NCBI RefSeq assembly: GCF_004010195.1
Contig: NC_057718.1
Coordinates: 3,750,917-3,814,916, forward strand
DNA: 64,000 nt
Direction of reading: 5' to 3'
Origin: Chiloscyllium plagiosum
Lineage: Eukaryota
Shown here: piece by piece, positions 24,801 through 38,338 of the stretch
How the letters are laid out: each line of letters begins with the position of its first letter
Numbering within the stretch: the first letter of the stretch is position 1
Position numbers and translations under genes: made by a program
Notes under the pieces: model-generated
What the model saw: only the letters and a program-made list of their open reading frames with translations
Databases searched by the model: none
What the model was told of the DNA's origin: nothing

Positions 24801-27800
24801 ATCGGAATTAACCCAGTCAATCGGGATCGATTTTGACACAGTGACCATTACAGATGAAGTAACTCCACAGAAGCTGGTATCTCATCACCAAGTCACCCTT
24901 CATTTACATGTGCAGATTCCTTGACACTGATCCATCTCCCTCAGAGCCAGCTCTCAGAATGATCATGTGATGATGATGCTCCTTTAGCAGGTTTTGTTGT
25001 TCTTGGACCTGTTTTTCGCAGACATCGTAAAGACACAATATCTGAAAAGTCTGGGCTTGGATGGGTTTTAGGGACAGTTTAATTATAGCTAACAGATACT
25101 GCCTCAGACAAAAGGCTTTTATGTTTAAAACATAAACACTGGTACAATGAAAGGAGAATGGCCAGTTCTCCCAGCTCAGCTAACTCTGGTTTGGTTTGGT
25201 TTTGGCAGTCTGGCTATTCACTGAAAGCAGTCATGCAATTGTAAAACCTGTTGGATCCAAAGACGCAGGTCCATGCGGATCCTCTTTCTGACTTCTCTGA
25301 GACGCCGTGTTTGATTTTACCTTTTGTGCCAAGAGGTGTTTATGGAGATTATTGCAAATATTTGGAACAGCATCATTAAGTTGGGATAATCTGCTGGGTT
25401 TTTGGACAAGCTACGTTATTCTGTATTCTGTTCTGTTTTGTTTGTGTTTCATTCGATAATCTTGTGAATAAATTCTGTTTTGTTTAAAACAACTTGGTTT
25501 GACGAACTGCATCCCTTCTGGAATATCCATGTCACACCTGCCTAAAACAATGAGCAAGGTTAGGGTCTGGCCCACTTTCTTGAAATGTTTTGAGGGTGTC
25601 TGGCCTGGTCCATAGCCGATTGGGGGCTCTTTGCAGGATTTGTTATATAGGTCTGATTTGGGATTAGGGTTGTTGGACTCGAAGGCAGTGAGTGGGAGGT
25701 GTTAGTGTTCTTTGTTCCAGGTGTTGAATTTGGTTGGTTTAAACAGTGCTTGGGATAGCAATGGCTCTTTCAGTCACCAAGAGTTTTCTAGGTTTGGAAG
25801 AAGTGACCTTGGGGATTTTTAATAAATGTGGTTAAGGCCAAGCTGCTGGAATTAGCAGACAAGCTGAGGTTGGAGCTGCCTCCTTCTGTGAAGAAACGAG
25901 AGATAATTACATCAATTACTCAGCATTTACATTTGCTGGAATCTTTAGGGATGGCTAAAATTTAATTGAAAATGAGACAGCTTGAATTCTGATTAAAAGT
26001 AGAGGAAAGGTTAAAGAACAAATCACTTTAGCAGAACAATAAGAAAAAGAATGGATCACATTATTGAACAAAAAGAAGAAGAGAAGAGAGAGAAAAAGAG
26101 AGAGAAAAGGAGAGAGAAATAGAGAGGGAAGATGAAGAAATTACATGAGAAAGGGAGAGAGAGAGAAGAGAGAGGAAAGGAGAAGGAGGAAAGGAAGAAA
26201 GAGGGAGAGCTTGAACTTCAGAAACTTGCGCTAAGACAGGAAAGTGAGCTGAAAGGAATGGAGCTGAGGGCTGAAGGTAAGCTGAGTGAGGAAGAGCGTG
26301 AGAATGAGCAAACCCATGGTAGTCAAAGGCCTGGTGAGAACTGTTTAAATATATTCAAGCTTTGCCAAAATTTGACGAGAAGTATGTGGAAGTCTTTTTG
26401 AACTCATTTGAAAAGGTCGATAAACAAATGTGATGACCAGTGACCATGTGGGTTTTGTTGATCCAAACAAATTTGCAGGTAGAGAGAGTGAGGTATTCGC
26501 ATCACCATCAGAGGAGCTATCTGGGGCATAAGAGGAGGTGAAGAAAGCCATCTTAGGTGCAGATGAGTTTGTGCCAGAAGCCTACAGGCAATGTTTCAGG
26601 AATGTAAGGAGGGAACATACAAACAAAGTAATTTTGAGAGGTGGATAAAGGCATTAAAAAAAGAGCAAATGTATGACTCTCTTCAAGAGACAATTATTTT
26701 GGAGGAGTTTAAAAATTCACTTCCTGAAGTAATGAGCACTCATGTGGAAGAGCAGAGAGTTAAAAAGGCAAGATAACAGCTGAATTGGCTGATGAATATG
26801 AGTTGGCCATAAATCAAAGTTTTGCTTTGAAAAGCAATTTCCATCAGTGGAGGACAGAAATTGGGGAAAAGATAAATCCTTACGTGGAAGGGAAAGGTAG
26901 ATCTTGGTGATGATCATAGGGATAACTTCCCACAGGTTAAAATGGAAATCCTTGAAGGGGAATGATAAATTAAAAAGCTTCAGTATTTTCACTGCAATAA
27001 AGTAAGCCACATGAAATCACAGTGTTGGAGGGTTAGGAAAAACACTGGGAAGCCAAATATACAAAAATAGGATAAGCCAGTGACTTTGTGGTAATGGAAA
27101 GCACAGTGGAGGCTAGAAAGCTGCACCAGAATGTACAAGCTGGTTGGAGGTTAAGGAGGAAGTGCCAGATCTTCTTAACCTTATACCTGCAAAGGTAAAG
27201 TTTACCTGCATAGGACAGGAGCAGCAGGTAAAAAGGTTACGATATTAAGAGATACAGGATTCTCTCAAGCTGTGATGCTGAAAGATGAGGATATATATGT
27301 AGTTCTGAAGGACTATTGCCAGAAAAGGTGCTAGTAGCTGGAATTCAAGGTGAAACAAGAAGTGCACAATTATGTAAAGTGAGCTGAGAGTGTCCAGTGA
27401 AGAATACAGAAATCATGGTGGGAGTACTGGACAAACTCTCAGCTCTAGGAATACAATTTGTCCTTACTAATGATAAAGCTAGTTCACAGGTCGGAGTGTG
27501 ACCTACGGTGATTGGACAGCCAGTAGAAACTCAAGCAACTGAATGACTGCAGGACACATATCCTGGGATTTTTCCTGACTGTGTGGAAATGAGGTCACAA
27601 AGTCACCAGTTGAAACAGAAAGAGCAAAAATTTCAGAGAAGAAACTTGAAGTGGAATTAGCAGAGACCCTGTTTGTTCAGATGGTGGACACAAACCGAGA
27701 GCAGGTAGATGATAATGCGGATATCTTTAGTTCAGATAAATGAACTGAGTTACAGCAGAAAGATGAACATTTAGAGCAATTGTATCAAAAGACATAAATA

Positions 27801-30034
27801 GAAAAATAATTTGAATGTATCCTTGAATGTTATGACCTTAATATGATGGCTTATTAAGGAAATGGATACCATCACGAATTCAGGCAGATGAGAAATGGGC
27901 AGAAGTTCATCAAGTCATATTGCCACTTGGTTATAGAATGGAGGTGTTGTGAGCAGCACATGAGCTGCTACTAGAGGGTCATTAAGGAGTGAGAAAACAT
28001 CAAGTTAACATACAAAACATTTTTACTGGCCTGGATTGCACAAGGATCTCATTGAATTTTGCCAGGCATGTCATAAAGGTTCCTGATGAATGGTTTTTGC
28101 CCAAAACGTTGATTCTCCTGCTCCTCAGATGCTGCCTGACCTGTTGTGCTTTTCCAGAACCACACTCTCAACTCTGATCTCCAGCATCTGCAGTCCTCAC
28201 TTTCTCCTATGTCATATATGTCAGGTAATCGGAAAACCACATACAATAATAAAACCCTCACCTTTAATACCTATTCCTGCATTTGAGGAAACTTTTCCAA
28301 GAGTCTTAATTGATTGCATAGGAGCCCTACCTAAAACAAAAAGTGAGAATCAGTATTTGATAACAATAATGGGTGTGTCCTCTCGATTTCCAGAGGCCAT
28401 TCTATTTCACAGTATCACAGCTAAAAGGATTGTGGAGGAATTATTAAAATGTTTCATTAGTTGCGGACTTCCCACAGAGATGCAATCAGATCAGGGGTCA
28501 AACTTCATGTCTAATTTATTCAAGGAAGTTATGGACAGCTGAAGACTAAAACAATTCAAATTTACTGCATACCATCCTGCGTCGCAGGGACTGCTCGAAA
28601 GGTGTCATCAGACAATAAAAACCATGTTGAAGGCTTATAGTCAAGACTACCCAGTTGATTGGGAGAAGGGAATTCCATTTGTACTTCTTGCAATCAGAGA
28701 TGCATCAAAACAATCAACCAAATTCAGATGCTTTGAATTAGATTTTGGGCATTAAGGTGAGAGGACCACTAAAATTAATGAAGGAGAAATTGTTAAGTCA
28801 TAATTCAGAGACCACATATTTGGACTATGTGTCAATTTTTTGAGAATGATTAAATAGAGTGGGAGAGTTGGCGAGACAGCATTTAAAAGTATCACAGCAT
28901 ACAATGAAACATGAAGAAGACAAAAAAATCAAAAACGTGCAATGTTGCTGCAGGAGATAAAGTTTTACTGTAACTTCTCAGGTGAGCTGAACCTTTAAAA
29001 GCAAGGTTTAGTTGATCTTATCAAGTCAAAAGGAAATTGAATGAGCTGAACCCCCTATTTGCTCAGGACTCCAAACTGAAAGAAATCTCACAGAATGTGT
29101 CATGCAAATATGCTCAAAACGTCATTTGACAGGGAAGCAAAGAGAGAGGACAATGTGTTATTGGTTACAACACAGAGTGAAGAACCAAGTTCAGTGGCTT
29201 CTTAACTGGACATTCCTCAAATTAAATTGGACAATCAAGAAGGTGTCAAAATTTGAGATAAATTATTGTGTTACTTTCCAGAGAGAAATCAAATCGATCT
29301 GAAAGAGATATGACCGTACGGGAAGATATGTGGAAATAAGCTAGGAAGTACAAACCTAATAATGCATGATCTACCTATCACATTCTCAGCTGACTTGGCC
29401 CCAGCCCCACCCCCTCCCATTTATCTTTCAGCACTCCCAACCCACAAACCTCATTCCTGATGAAAAGCTTATGCTTGAAATGTCGATTCATCTGCTTCTC
29501 AGATGCTGCCTGACCTGCTGTGCTTTTCCAGCACCACATTCTCGACTCTGGTCTCCAGAATCGGCAGTCCTCAGATTCTCCTAATTATACATGATGTAGA
29601 TATAGGAGATGCTGTTGCAAGTAAGCAACATCCTTGTTGGCCTAACCCTCTAAAGTTAGCACAGGTTGAAAAGGAGATTGAACGCATGCTCCAAAATAAC
29701 GTAATCGAAGTGAGTTCCAGTGACTGGAGCTCATCCATGGTAATGGTGCCAAATGGGTACGTGTGGACGATTGCAAGGTCAATGCACTTACAAAGACTGC
29801 ATATCCAATTCCACCATTGGAAGACTGTGCTGAGAAGCAACTTATATTTCTCAGTTGGACTTGCTCAGAGGTTACTGGCAAGTACTTTTGTCAGAAAGAA
29901 CAAAGGTAATTTTGGCTTTCATAGCACCAAATAGACTGTATCTGTTTGTAGTCATGCCATTTGGTATGAAAAATGTTTCAGCCACATTTCAGAGACGATC
30001 CATTGCCAGATTATCTAATTGTGTCAAATATATA

Positions 30035-33000
30035 CAGATAGAACATAGAACATAGAACATTACAGTGCAATACAGGCCCTTCAGCCCTCAATGTTGCACC
30101 GACCTGTGGAACCAATCTGAAGCCCATCTAAACAACACTATTCAATTCTCATCCATTTGCCTATCCAATGACTATTTAAATGCCCTTAAATTTGGCAAGT
30201 GCACTCCCTGACCCTGCTACTCTCTGAGGTTTGAACCTTCCTCAGACATCTGTCCTATATCTGTCACCCCACAATTTAAAGCTACATCCTCTCATGCTAA
30301 CCATCTCCATCCGAGGAAAAAGGCTCTCGCTGTTCAACCTAATTAACCCTTTGATTATTTTATCTGTCTCAATTACGTCACCTCTCAACATTTTTCTCTC
30401 TAATCAAAACAGCCTCAAGTCCCTCAGCCTTTCCTCGTAAGATCTTCCCTCCATACCAGGTAACACCTCTGAACCGTTTCCAAAGCTTCCATTTCCTTCC
30501 TATAATGCGGTGATCAGAACTGTACACAATACTCCAAATGTGGCCACAACAGAGTTTTGTACAGCTGCAGCATGGTTCCGAAACTCAATCCCTCTACTCA
30601 TAAAAGCTAACAAACTGTATGCCTTCTTAACAACCCTATCAATCTGGGTGGCAATTTTCAAGGGTCTATGTACCTGGACACAGAGAACTCTCTGCTCATC
30701 TACACGACCAAGAAATTTACCATTAGCCCAGTACTGTGCATTCCTGTTACTCCTTCCAAAGTGAATCACCTCATTTTTCTCCGTTAAGCTCAATTTGCCA
30801 CCTCTCAGCCCAGCTTTGCAGCTTATCTATGTCTCTCTGTAAACCACAACATCTTTCATCACTACCCAAAACTCTACCGACCTTAGTGTTATCCGTAAAT
30901 TTTACTAACCCATTCTTCTATGCCCCCATCCAGGTCATTTATATAAATGACAAACAATAGTTGATCCAAAACAGATCCTTGTGGTCCACCACTAGCAACT
31001 GAACTCCAGGATAAATATTTCCCATCACCCACTAGCCTCTGTCTTCTTTTAGCTCACCAATTTCTATCCAAATCGCTAAATCACCCTCAATCCCATGCAA
31101 TCCATGCAATCCCATGTATTTTGTGCAATACGTTACTGTGGGGAACCTTATCAAATGCCTTACTTAAATTCATGTACACCACATCAACTATTTTACCCAC
31201 ATCCATCTGTTTGGTCAGCTTCTCAAAGAACTCTATAAGGTTTATGAGGCACAACCTACCCTTCACAAAACCGTATCGACTATCCCTAATCAACTTATCC
31301 ATCTCTCATTGATTGTAAATCCTATCGTTTATAACACTTTCTGACACTTTACTCACAACTGAAGTAAGGCTTACTGGTCTATCATTTCCAAGGTTGTCTC
31401 TACTCCTCTGCTTGAACAAGGGAACAACATTTGCTATTCCCCAATCTTCTGCCACTATTCCTGTAGACAATGACGCCATAAAGATCAAAACCAAAAGCTC
31501 AGCAATCTCATCCCTAGCTTCCCAGAGAATCCTAGGATAAATCCCATTTGGCCCAGAGGACTTATCTATCTTTATACTTTTCAGAATTGCTAACACACCC
31601 TCCTTATGCACTTTACTCCCATCTTATCTTGTAACCTGTATCTCAGTATTCTCCATGAGCATATTGTCTTTTTCTAATGTGAATACAGACGAAAAACATT
31701 CATTTAGTGCTTCCCCTATCTCCTCTGACTCCATGCACAACTTCCTATTACTGTGCTTGATTGGCCCGAATCTTACTCGAAGCATTTTTTATTCCTGATA
31801 TAGCTATAGAAAGTCTTATGGTTTTCCTTGATCCTATCTACCAATGACTTCTCATGTCTCCTCCTAGCTCTTGTTAACTCTCTCTTGAGGTCTTTTTCTG
31901 GTGAACTTGTAACTCTCAAGTGCCCTAACCGAGCCATCACAACTCATCCTAATATAAGCCTTTTCATCTAGACAAAAGATTCAAATTCCTCAGTAAACCA
32001 CGGCTCTTGCATTCGGAAACTTCTTCCCTGCCTGACCAGTATGAAATTCTCAAGGACGAGCAGTAGCTCCACATTTCAATTGTGCCCATCCCCTGCTGTT
32101 TCCTTCCCCTCTCATGCATCCTAAATCTTGCCTAATCACATCGTAATTGCCTTTCCCCCAGCTATAACTCTTGCCCTGCAGTATATACCTCCCTTTCTAT
32201 CACTCAGGTAAACCGAATTGTGGTCACTATCAGCAAAGTGCTCACATACCTCCAAATCTGACACCTGGCCTGGTTCATTACCCAGTACCAAATCTAATAT
32301 GGCCACGCCCCTTGTTGGCCTGTCTACGTACTGTCTCTGGAAACCCTTCTGCACACATTGGACAAAAACAGACCCATCTAAAGTACTTGAACTATAGTAA
32401 TCTCAGTCAATATTGGAAAGTTAAAGTCCCCCATGATAACTATCTTGTCACTTTTGCTCCTATCGAGGATCATCTTTAACATCCTTTCCTCCATATCTCT
32501 GGAACTATTTGGAGGCCTACAGAAAACTCCCAACAGGGTAACCTCTCCTTTCCTGTTTCTCAGCCCTTACTACCTCAGTAGAGGAGTCCTCAAACATCCT
32601 TTCTGCAATCATAACACTGTCCTTGACACACAGTGCCACACCAACCCCTCTTTTATGATTTTCTCTGTTCTTTGTGAAACATCTCAATCCCAGAACCTGC
32701 ACGAACCATTCCTGTCCCTACTCAATCCATGTCTCTAAAATGGCCACAACATCAAAAGCCCAGGTAACAACCCATGCTGCAAGTTCACCCACCTTATTCT
32801 GGGTGTTCCTTGCCTGCCGGTAGCTTATTGGATCTTGAAATCTTAGTTCTCACTTCAGCCTCCAGTACACTCCAACTACAAATTTGGTTCTCATCTCCCT
32901 GTTGAATGAGTTTAAACCCACCTGAAATGCGTTAGCAAATTTCTCCTCCAGAATATTTGTACGCCTCTGTTTCAGGTGAAGACCATCCTCTTTGTAGAGG

Positions 33001-34157
33001 TCGCAAATACGCTAGAAAGAGCCCCAATTATTCAGGAAACGAAAACCCTCCCTCCTGTACCATCCCTGTATACACATGTTCAACTCTTCTCTCTCCCCAT
33101 GTCTTGCCTCGCTAGCATGTGGCACGTTCAACAAATCAGAGACAACAATTCTGTTGTTTTAGCTCTAAGCTTCCACCCTAGCTCCCTGAATTTCTGGCTT
33201 AAATCCCCACCTCTCTTCCTACCTATGTCATAGTGTCTATGTAGACCACAAATTGGGGCTGATCCCCTCCCCTGCAAGAATCCTGAAAATACAGTCAGGG
33301 ACACCATGGACCCTGGCACCTGGAAGGCAACACACCAAACGTGAGTCTCTCTCGTTACTACAGAACCTCTTATCTATCCCCTTAACTATCAAGTCCCCAA
33401 TTGCTACTGCTCTGCTCCTCTTCCCCTTTCACTTCTGAGCAACAGGGACATACTCTGTGCCAAAGACCTGTGCCCCATTGCTTGCCCCTCATACGTCATC
33501 CCCCTCAACAGTATCCAAAACTATATACTTGTTGTTGAGAGGAAGGGCCAGAGGAGATCCCTGCACTGTCTGCAATTCTTTTTCCATCCCCTGACGGTAA
33601 GCCATCTCCCTTCTTCTTTTACCTGAGGTGTGACTACCTCTCTGTAACTCCTCTCAATAACCTCCTCCACATCCCAAATGATCAAAAATTCATTCAGCTC
33701 CAGCTTCAGTTCCTTAATGCGATTAACGAGGAGCTGGAGTTGGATGCAGTTCCCACAGATGAAGTCAGCAGGGACAGTAGTGGTGACCCTTACTTCCCGC
33801 ATTCTGCAGGAGGAACATTCAACCACCCTAACCTCCATTCCCACTATTCTAAATTTTCAACAAAATTACTGAAAAAACTAAAAATAAAGAAACCAGTCAC
33901 CTCACCAATTGGTGCACGCAACATTTTCTTTGGTTAGAGGTGCAGTACAGGTGGGAGACACTGTCTGAGTAGTGTTTTGGGTAAAGCAACCATCCAAGTA
34001 TAAAGCCTTACTTACCCAGCAGTCCCATGTCTGCTCCTGCTCAGTGTACGCTCCGCCTATACGCGAGGTAAACCTTTATACTTTTTAAAACTTACCTTTT
34101 GTCGGGCCTCTGGTCCTCACTGTCGCTCCTCCCACTCCAACTGCTGCCGATAAAAAA
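30035..34157 (-). mobile_element. Near full-length degenerate CR1 LINE nested in the Gypsy RT
   Basis: (agaacat)n tail; RT and endonuclease motifs; ORF1 zinc finger ECSSCRM...ICGNC at 33521-33844. Confidence 0.9.
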
Positions 34158-34481
34158 GATGACCTGGTGATTTTTATTCACACCTGGAAGGAACATTTGC
34201 AACATTGATCAGAATTGTTCGATCGATTTCAGAAGGCAGGCTTGGTGACAAACATAGCCAAAAGTCAATTTTCCAAAGGCCAAGTCACCTTCGAGGCCAT
34301 GTTATTGGACATGGACAAATAACCCCATGGGATGGAAAACACAAGGTAATTGGAGATTTTCCCATACCATCAACAAAAATAGCAGTGCTATGATTCCAAC
34401 GTTGAAAATTATCGCAAATTCATACTAAATTTAGCATTGTGGCTGCTCCACCTACTGAATTGTTAAAGAAAGACAAACAGT

Positions 34482-34767
34482 GGGCACACGGTGGCACAGT
34501 GGTTAGCACTGCTGCCTCACAGTGCCAGAGACCCGGGTTCAATTCCCGCCTCAGGCGACTCTCTGTGTGGAGTTTGCACATTCTCCCCGTGTCTGCATGG
34601 GTTTCCTCCAGTGCTCTGGTTTCCTCCCACAATCCAAAAATGTGCAGGTTAGGTGATTTGGCCATGGTACATTGCCTATAGTGGTAAATGTAGGGGAATG
34701 GGTCTGGGTGGGTGGCGGGTCAGTGTGGACTTGTTGGGCCGAAGGGCCTGTTTCCAATCTGTAAGTT
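34482..34767 (+). mobile_element. HE1-like SINE nested in the Gypsy element
   Basis: ggtggcacagtggttagcactgctgcctcacagtgccagagacccgggttcaattccc head. Confidence 0.88.
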
Positions 34768-35812
34768 TCAGTGGACTCTTTGCTTATTGATAGGACATTT
34801 TATTAAGGGGGAAAGGTGATACAGAACTCTCTCTGATTTGATTTGGTTTTAGTAGTCCGGCTATTCACTAAAAGCAGTCAGGCAGTTGTAAAACCTGCTG
34901 GACCAAAGGAAGCAGGTCCATGCTGATCCTCTCTCTGACATCTCTCCTGTATTTTATTTTACCTTTTGTTTGATTTTTGATGTGTTTGATTTTACCTTTT
35001 GTGCCAAGATGTGTTTATGGGAATTGTTGCAAATATTTGGAACAGCATCATGACGTTGGTATGGTCTTCTGGGTTTTCAGATAGGTTACGTTATTCTGTA
35101 TTCTGTTCTCTTTTGTTTGTGTTTCATTCAGTAATCTAGTAAATACATTTTATTTTGTTTAAAACTACGTGGTTTGATCAACTGCATCCCTCCTGGAATA
35201 TCGATGTTATACCTGCTTAAAGCAATGAGCAAATTTAGGGTCTGAGCCACTTTCGTGAAATGTTTTGAGGGGGTCTGACCTTGTCCATAGCAAACAGAAC
35301 CTCTGACACTCCTATTCTTTACTGTCAGCCAGGGCTCCCTGATTGGACCAGGTTAGCAGTCCCAATCAGGGAACTCATGTCCTGTGACATCCACCTGGCT
35401 GACCTCATTACAATCACTACAAAGAAACAATGATGCATTCTAAGAAAGGATGATGAGTGTTTTGGAGGGTAGCTTTCCGGGGGTGGTGTTCTCATCTATT
35501 TGCTGCTCTTATCCTTCCAGATGGAAATGGACCTGAGTTTTGATTCTGCTGTAGAAAATGGGCATGTACAAAATGTTGATCAGATTCTGACGAAAGTTCA
35601 GAGATATAATTTAACACTGTTTTTATAGTTATTTCTGTTAATGTTGATGGATTTTTTATCTGAATCGGTCACAGATGTATCTCAATTGTTCAGTGTAACT
35701 ACGTGTTCTCTCTGTTTAACTCAAAACTCCTACCACCCTTTCAGATCTTTCAATACGGCAAAACAGAGAATCTGTTCTTGTAGGAATAATGTATTGTTAT
35801 TTTTCTTTAAAG

Positions 35813-36157
35813 GTTTCACTGGTCCAGTCCTTCTCCAGTCTCCGAGCCTGGAACGTGTTGCCAAGGGTCACACTGCCCGGTTACAGTGTACCATGAGAAA
35901 CGCCACAGTGACACACACTGATGTTCACTGGTACAGACTGTCCCCAAAGCAAATTATGGAACGGGTTTTAACACATCCAGGAAATGGTTCCACACAATGG
36001 AGCCCAGGTGTCACAGAGCAATTCCAGTCTTCCAGAGACTCCTCCAGTAACAGCTTCACTCTGACCATCACAAACATGCAGCTCAGTGATACTGGGGTCT
36101 ATTACTGCTCAGTCTGGGGAAGGATCTATGGGAGAGGAAGCCAAATCAATATCACCA
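35813..36157 (+). CDS. Ig V-set (VJ-type) domain exon D4
   Basis: Acceptor ttttctttaaag| and donor |gtaagt; 345 nt, phase 1/1; FTGPVLLQSPSLERVAKGHTARLQC...HWYR...DTGVYYCSVWGRIYGRGSQINIT. Confidence 0.92.
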
Positions 36158-36859
36158 GTAAGTAGAGTTTACATGGCAATCTCCTCCAGTAATAACCTCT
36201 TACCCAATGAATGAATTGGAGATCAGTTTGCGATCAAGAAGATTGAGAAGGTGATGGACAGTGATCTCAGAAATGGATTATCTGTGGGGAGGAAGCTGAG
36301 CTCAGGTTCAGTAATTTATTTAATTGTTTTGTGAGATGTGGGTGTCACTGGCTGGGCCAGCATTTATTGCCCATCTTTAATTGCCCTTGAGAAGGTGGTG
36401 CTGAGCTGCCTTCTTTAACCACTGCAGTGACCCATTGGTTGCCATTCCTGGGTTGCAGTCGGGCTCCTACACACTCTGTTAAGACCCTGCTAAACGGTTC
36501 TTCAAAAGCTACGATCAGAATTAAGGGTGAAGCTTTAATTGAGGGTTGGCGATTCCCCAAGTCCTGACATGGACTATCTTGTCTGCTAAAATTTAACATC
36601 TTTATATAATCCTGACCAATAAAAGTGCTTTAATATATTAGATTGTGTGTTCCTCATCCTTAAATGAGCTGCCATTGGTATTTCATGAGCTAGTTTGCAA
36701 AATTTCATTCTGGTTTCAGATGGAGTGACCACCTGACAGACCACTGTCTATTGCTCATCTCCTGGTATTTGGGATGGTCTTTATTTCCTCACTAATACAT
36801 TGTGTTTCAAGCAATAACAGTCAGAGACTGCTTCTGATTCCATTTCGGGGGATAAAAAC

Positions 36860-37485
36860 AAAAATTGCTGGAAAATCTCAGTATTTGTTGAGAGAAATCA
36901 GAATTAATATTGCGGGTCCAGTGACCCTTGTACAGAACAAATGGCACCGAGGAAAATGATGATTTTTATACAGAAGATGGGGTGGGGAGGATGGTCAGGG
37001 TAAACGATAGATGAAGATAGAGCCCAGTGTGAGAGAAGGACTGTTGGACACACAAAGGAGTGGGTAATGGTCAGTCTGGAGGAATGAACAGCTGATGATG
37101 GAACAATTAGTAACTGACAATGGGTAGTGTGCTGTAGCTGACTGTGTAATGACAAGGCCTGGTGTATGGAGGAGGGGGAAAGCATGGAGAAAGGTGCTCA
37201 GTCTCTAAAATTGTTTAACTCAATATTAATTTCAGAAGGCTGCAGGGTAACCAAGTAGAAAATGAGGTGCTGTTGTTCCAGCTTGCTCTGAGCTTCACAA
37301 GAGCACTGCAGCAAGACTGAGACAGAGATGTTGGCCAGGGAACACGACAGTGTGTTGGAGTGGCAAGCACCTGGGAGGTTAGGATCATTTTTGCAGACAG
37401 AATGGAGGTGTTCTGAGAAGGGGCATCCAGTCTGTGTTTCATTTCCCAAATGAAGAGGAGACCACATTATGAGGAGTGAATACAG
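36860..37485 (-). mobile_element. Old Penelope-like 3' fragment
   Basis: Minus-strand HLGNET..FSEHL...KLEQQHLIFYL..LQP..INIE resembles the GIY-YIG C-terminus seen at 47400-47670. Confidence 0.55.
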
Positions 37486-37499
37486 TTTGTCTCATCACA

Positions 37500-37835
37500 G
37501 AATACTCAGAGGCCTGAATAGAGTAGAGTTGGAGAAGATGTTTGTTGGAGAGAGTAGGATGCAGGGCATAGCCTTACAGTGAAGGGATGATCAATTACAG
37601 CTGAGATGAAGAGGGATTTCTTCAAACAAAAGATGGTAAATCTGTGGAACTCATTGCTGCAGCGAGCTGCAGAGGTCAAGTCATTGAGTATATTCAAGAC
37701 AAAGATAGATAGGCTCTTATGAGCAAATGGATCAATGGAGAGAGAGCAGGAGAATGGGATTGAAACATATCAGCCATGATCGAATGGCAGAGCAGACCTG
37801 ATGGGCTGAATGGCCTAATTCTGCTTCTATATCCT
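37500..37835 (+). mobile_element. CR1 LINE 3' end
   Basis: ORF2 tail and 3' UTR (gatgggctgaatggcctaattctgcttc). Confidence 0.72.
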
Positions 37836-37993
37836 GCGGCCTTATGGTCTATAATGTCATATATATTTTGAATAATTAACCCCACTGGTTCACTCTGATC
37901 CTCTTATCATCTGTCCTTTCTCATTAACTCTAAATTGGAGTCCTTCAGAAAGTTCAGATGAGTTTTAATTTATTCAGATGTTTTCTCTTAAAG

Positions 37994-38338
37994 GTGCAAA
38001 TGTCCCAGTCCTTCACCAGTCTCTGAGGCTAGAACGTGTCACCGAGGGTCACACTGCTCGGTTACAGTGCACCATAAGGAACACTGCAGTGACACGCACC
38101 AACGTTCACTGGGACCGGGAGAAACCAGGAAATAAGATGGAGTGGGTTTTAACACATGACATGAGGAACATCACACAATGGAGCCCAGGATTTACTGAGC
38201 GATTCCAGTCTTCCAGAGAGCCCTCCAATAACAGCTTCATTCTGACCATCACTAACACGCAGCCCAATGACATTGGGGTCTATTACTGTAAAGTGTGGGG
38301 AGATATCAGTGGGAATGGAACCCAACTGACTGTTACAG
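37994..38338 (+). CDS. Ig V-set (VJ-type) domain exon D5
   Basis: Acceptor ttttctcttaaag| and donor |gtaagt; 345 nt, phase 1/1; ANVPVLHQSLRLERVTEGHTARLQC...HWDREKPG...DIGVYYCKVWGDISGNGTQLTVT. Confidence 0.9.

Larger units (their letters stand above)
24966..35292 (+). mobile_element. Degenerate Gmr1-like Gypsy LTR retrotransposon (gag-PR-IN-RT order), interrupted by younger elements
   Basis: 5' LTR ~24966-25617; tRNA-Pro-like PBS tgggggctc at 25621; gag (FERW...LEEFKNSLP); protease LRDTG at ~27245; integrase (CHICQ...IDCIGALP...SDQGSNF) at 28200-28750 before RT (LDLLRGYWQV, MPFGMKN, YI/DD); PPT aagggggaaagg at 34805; partly deleted 3' LTR ending 35292. Confidence 0.85.

Noticed and set aside
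26040-26401. E/K/R-rich coiled-coil host gene
   Set aside because: It lies between the PBS and the gag core of the Gypsy element and is frameshifted; it is low-complexity gag sequence
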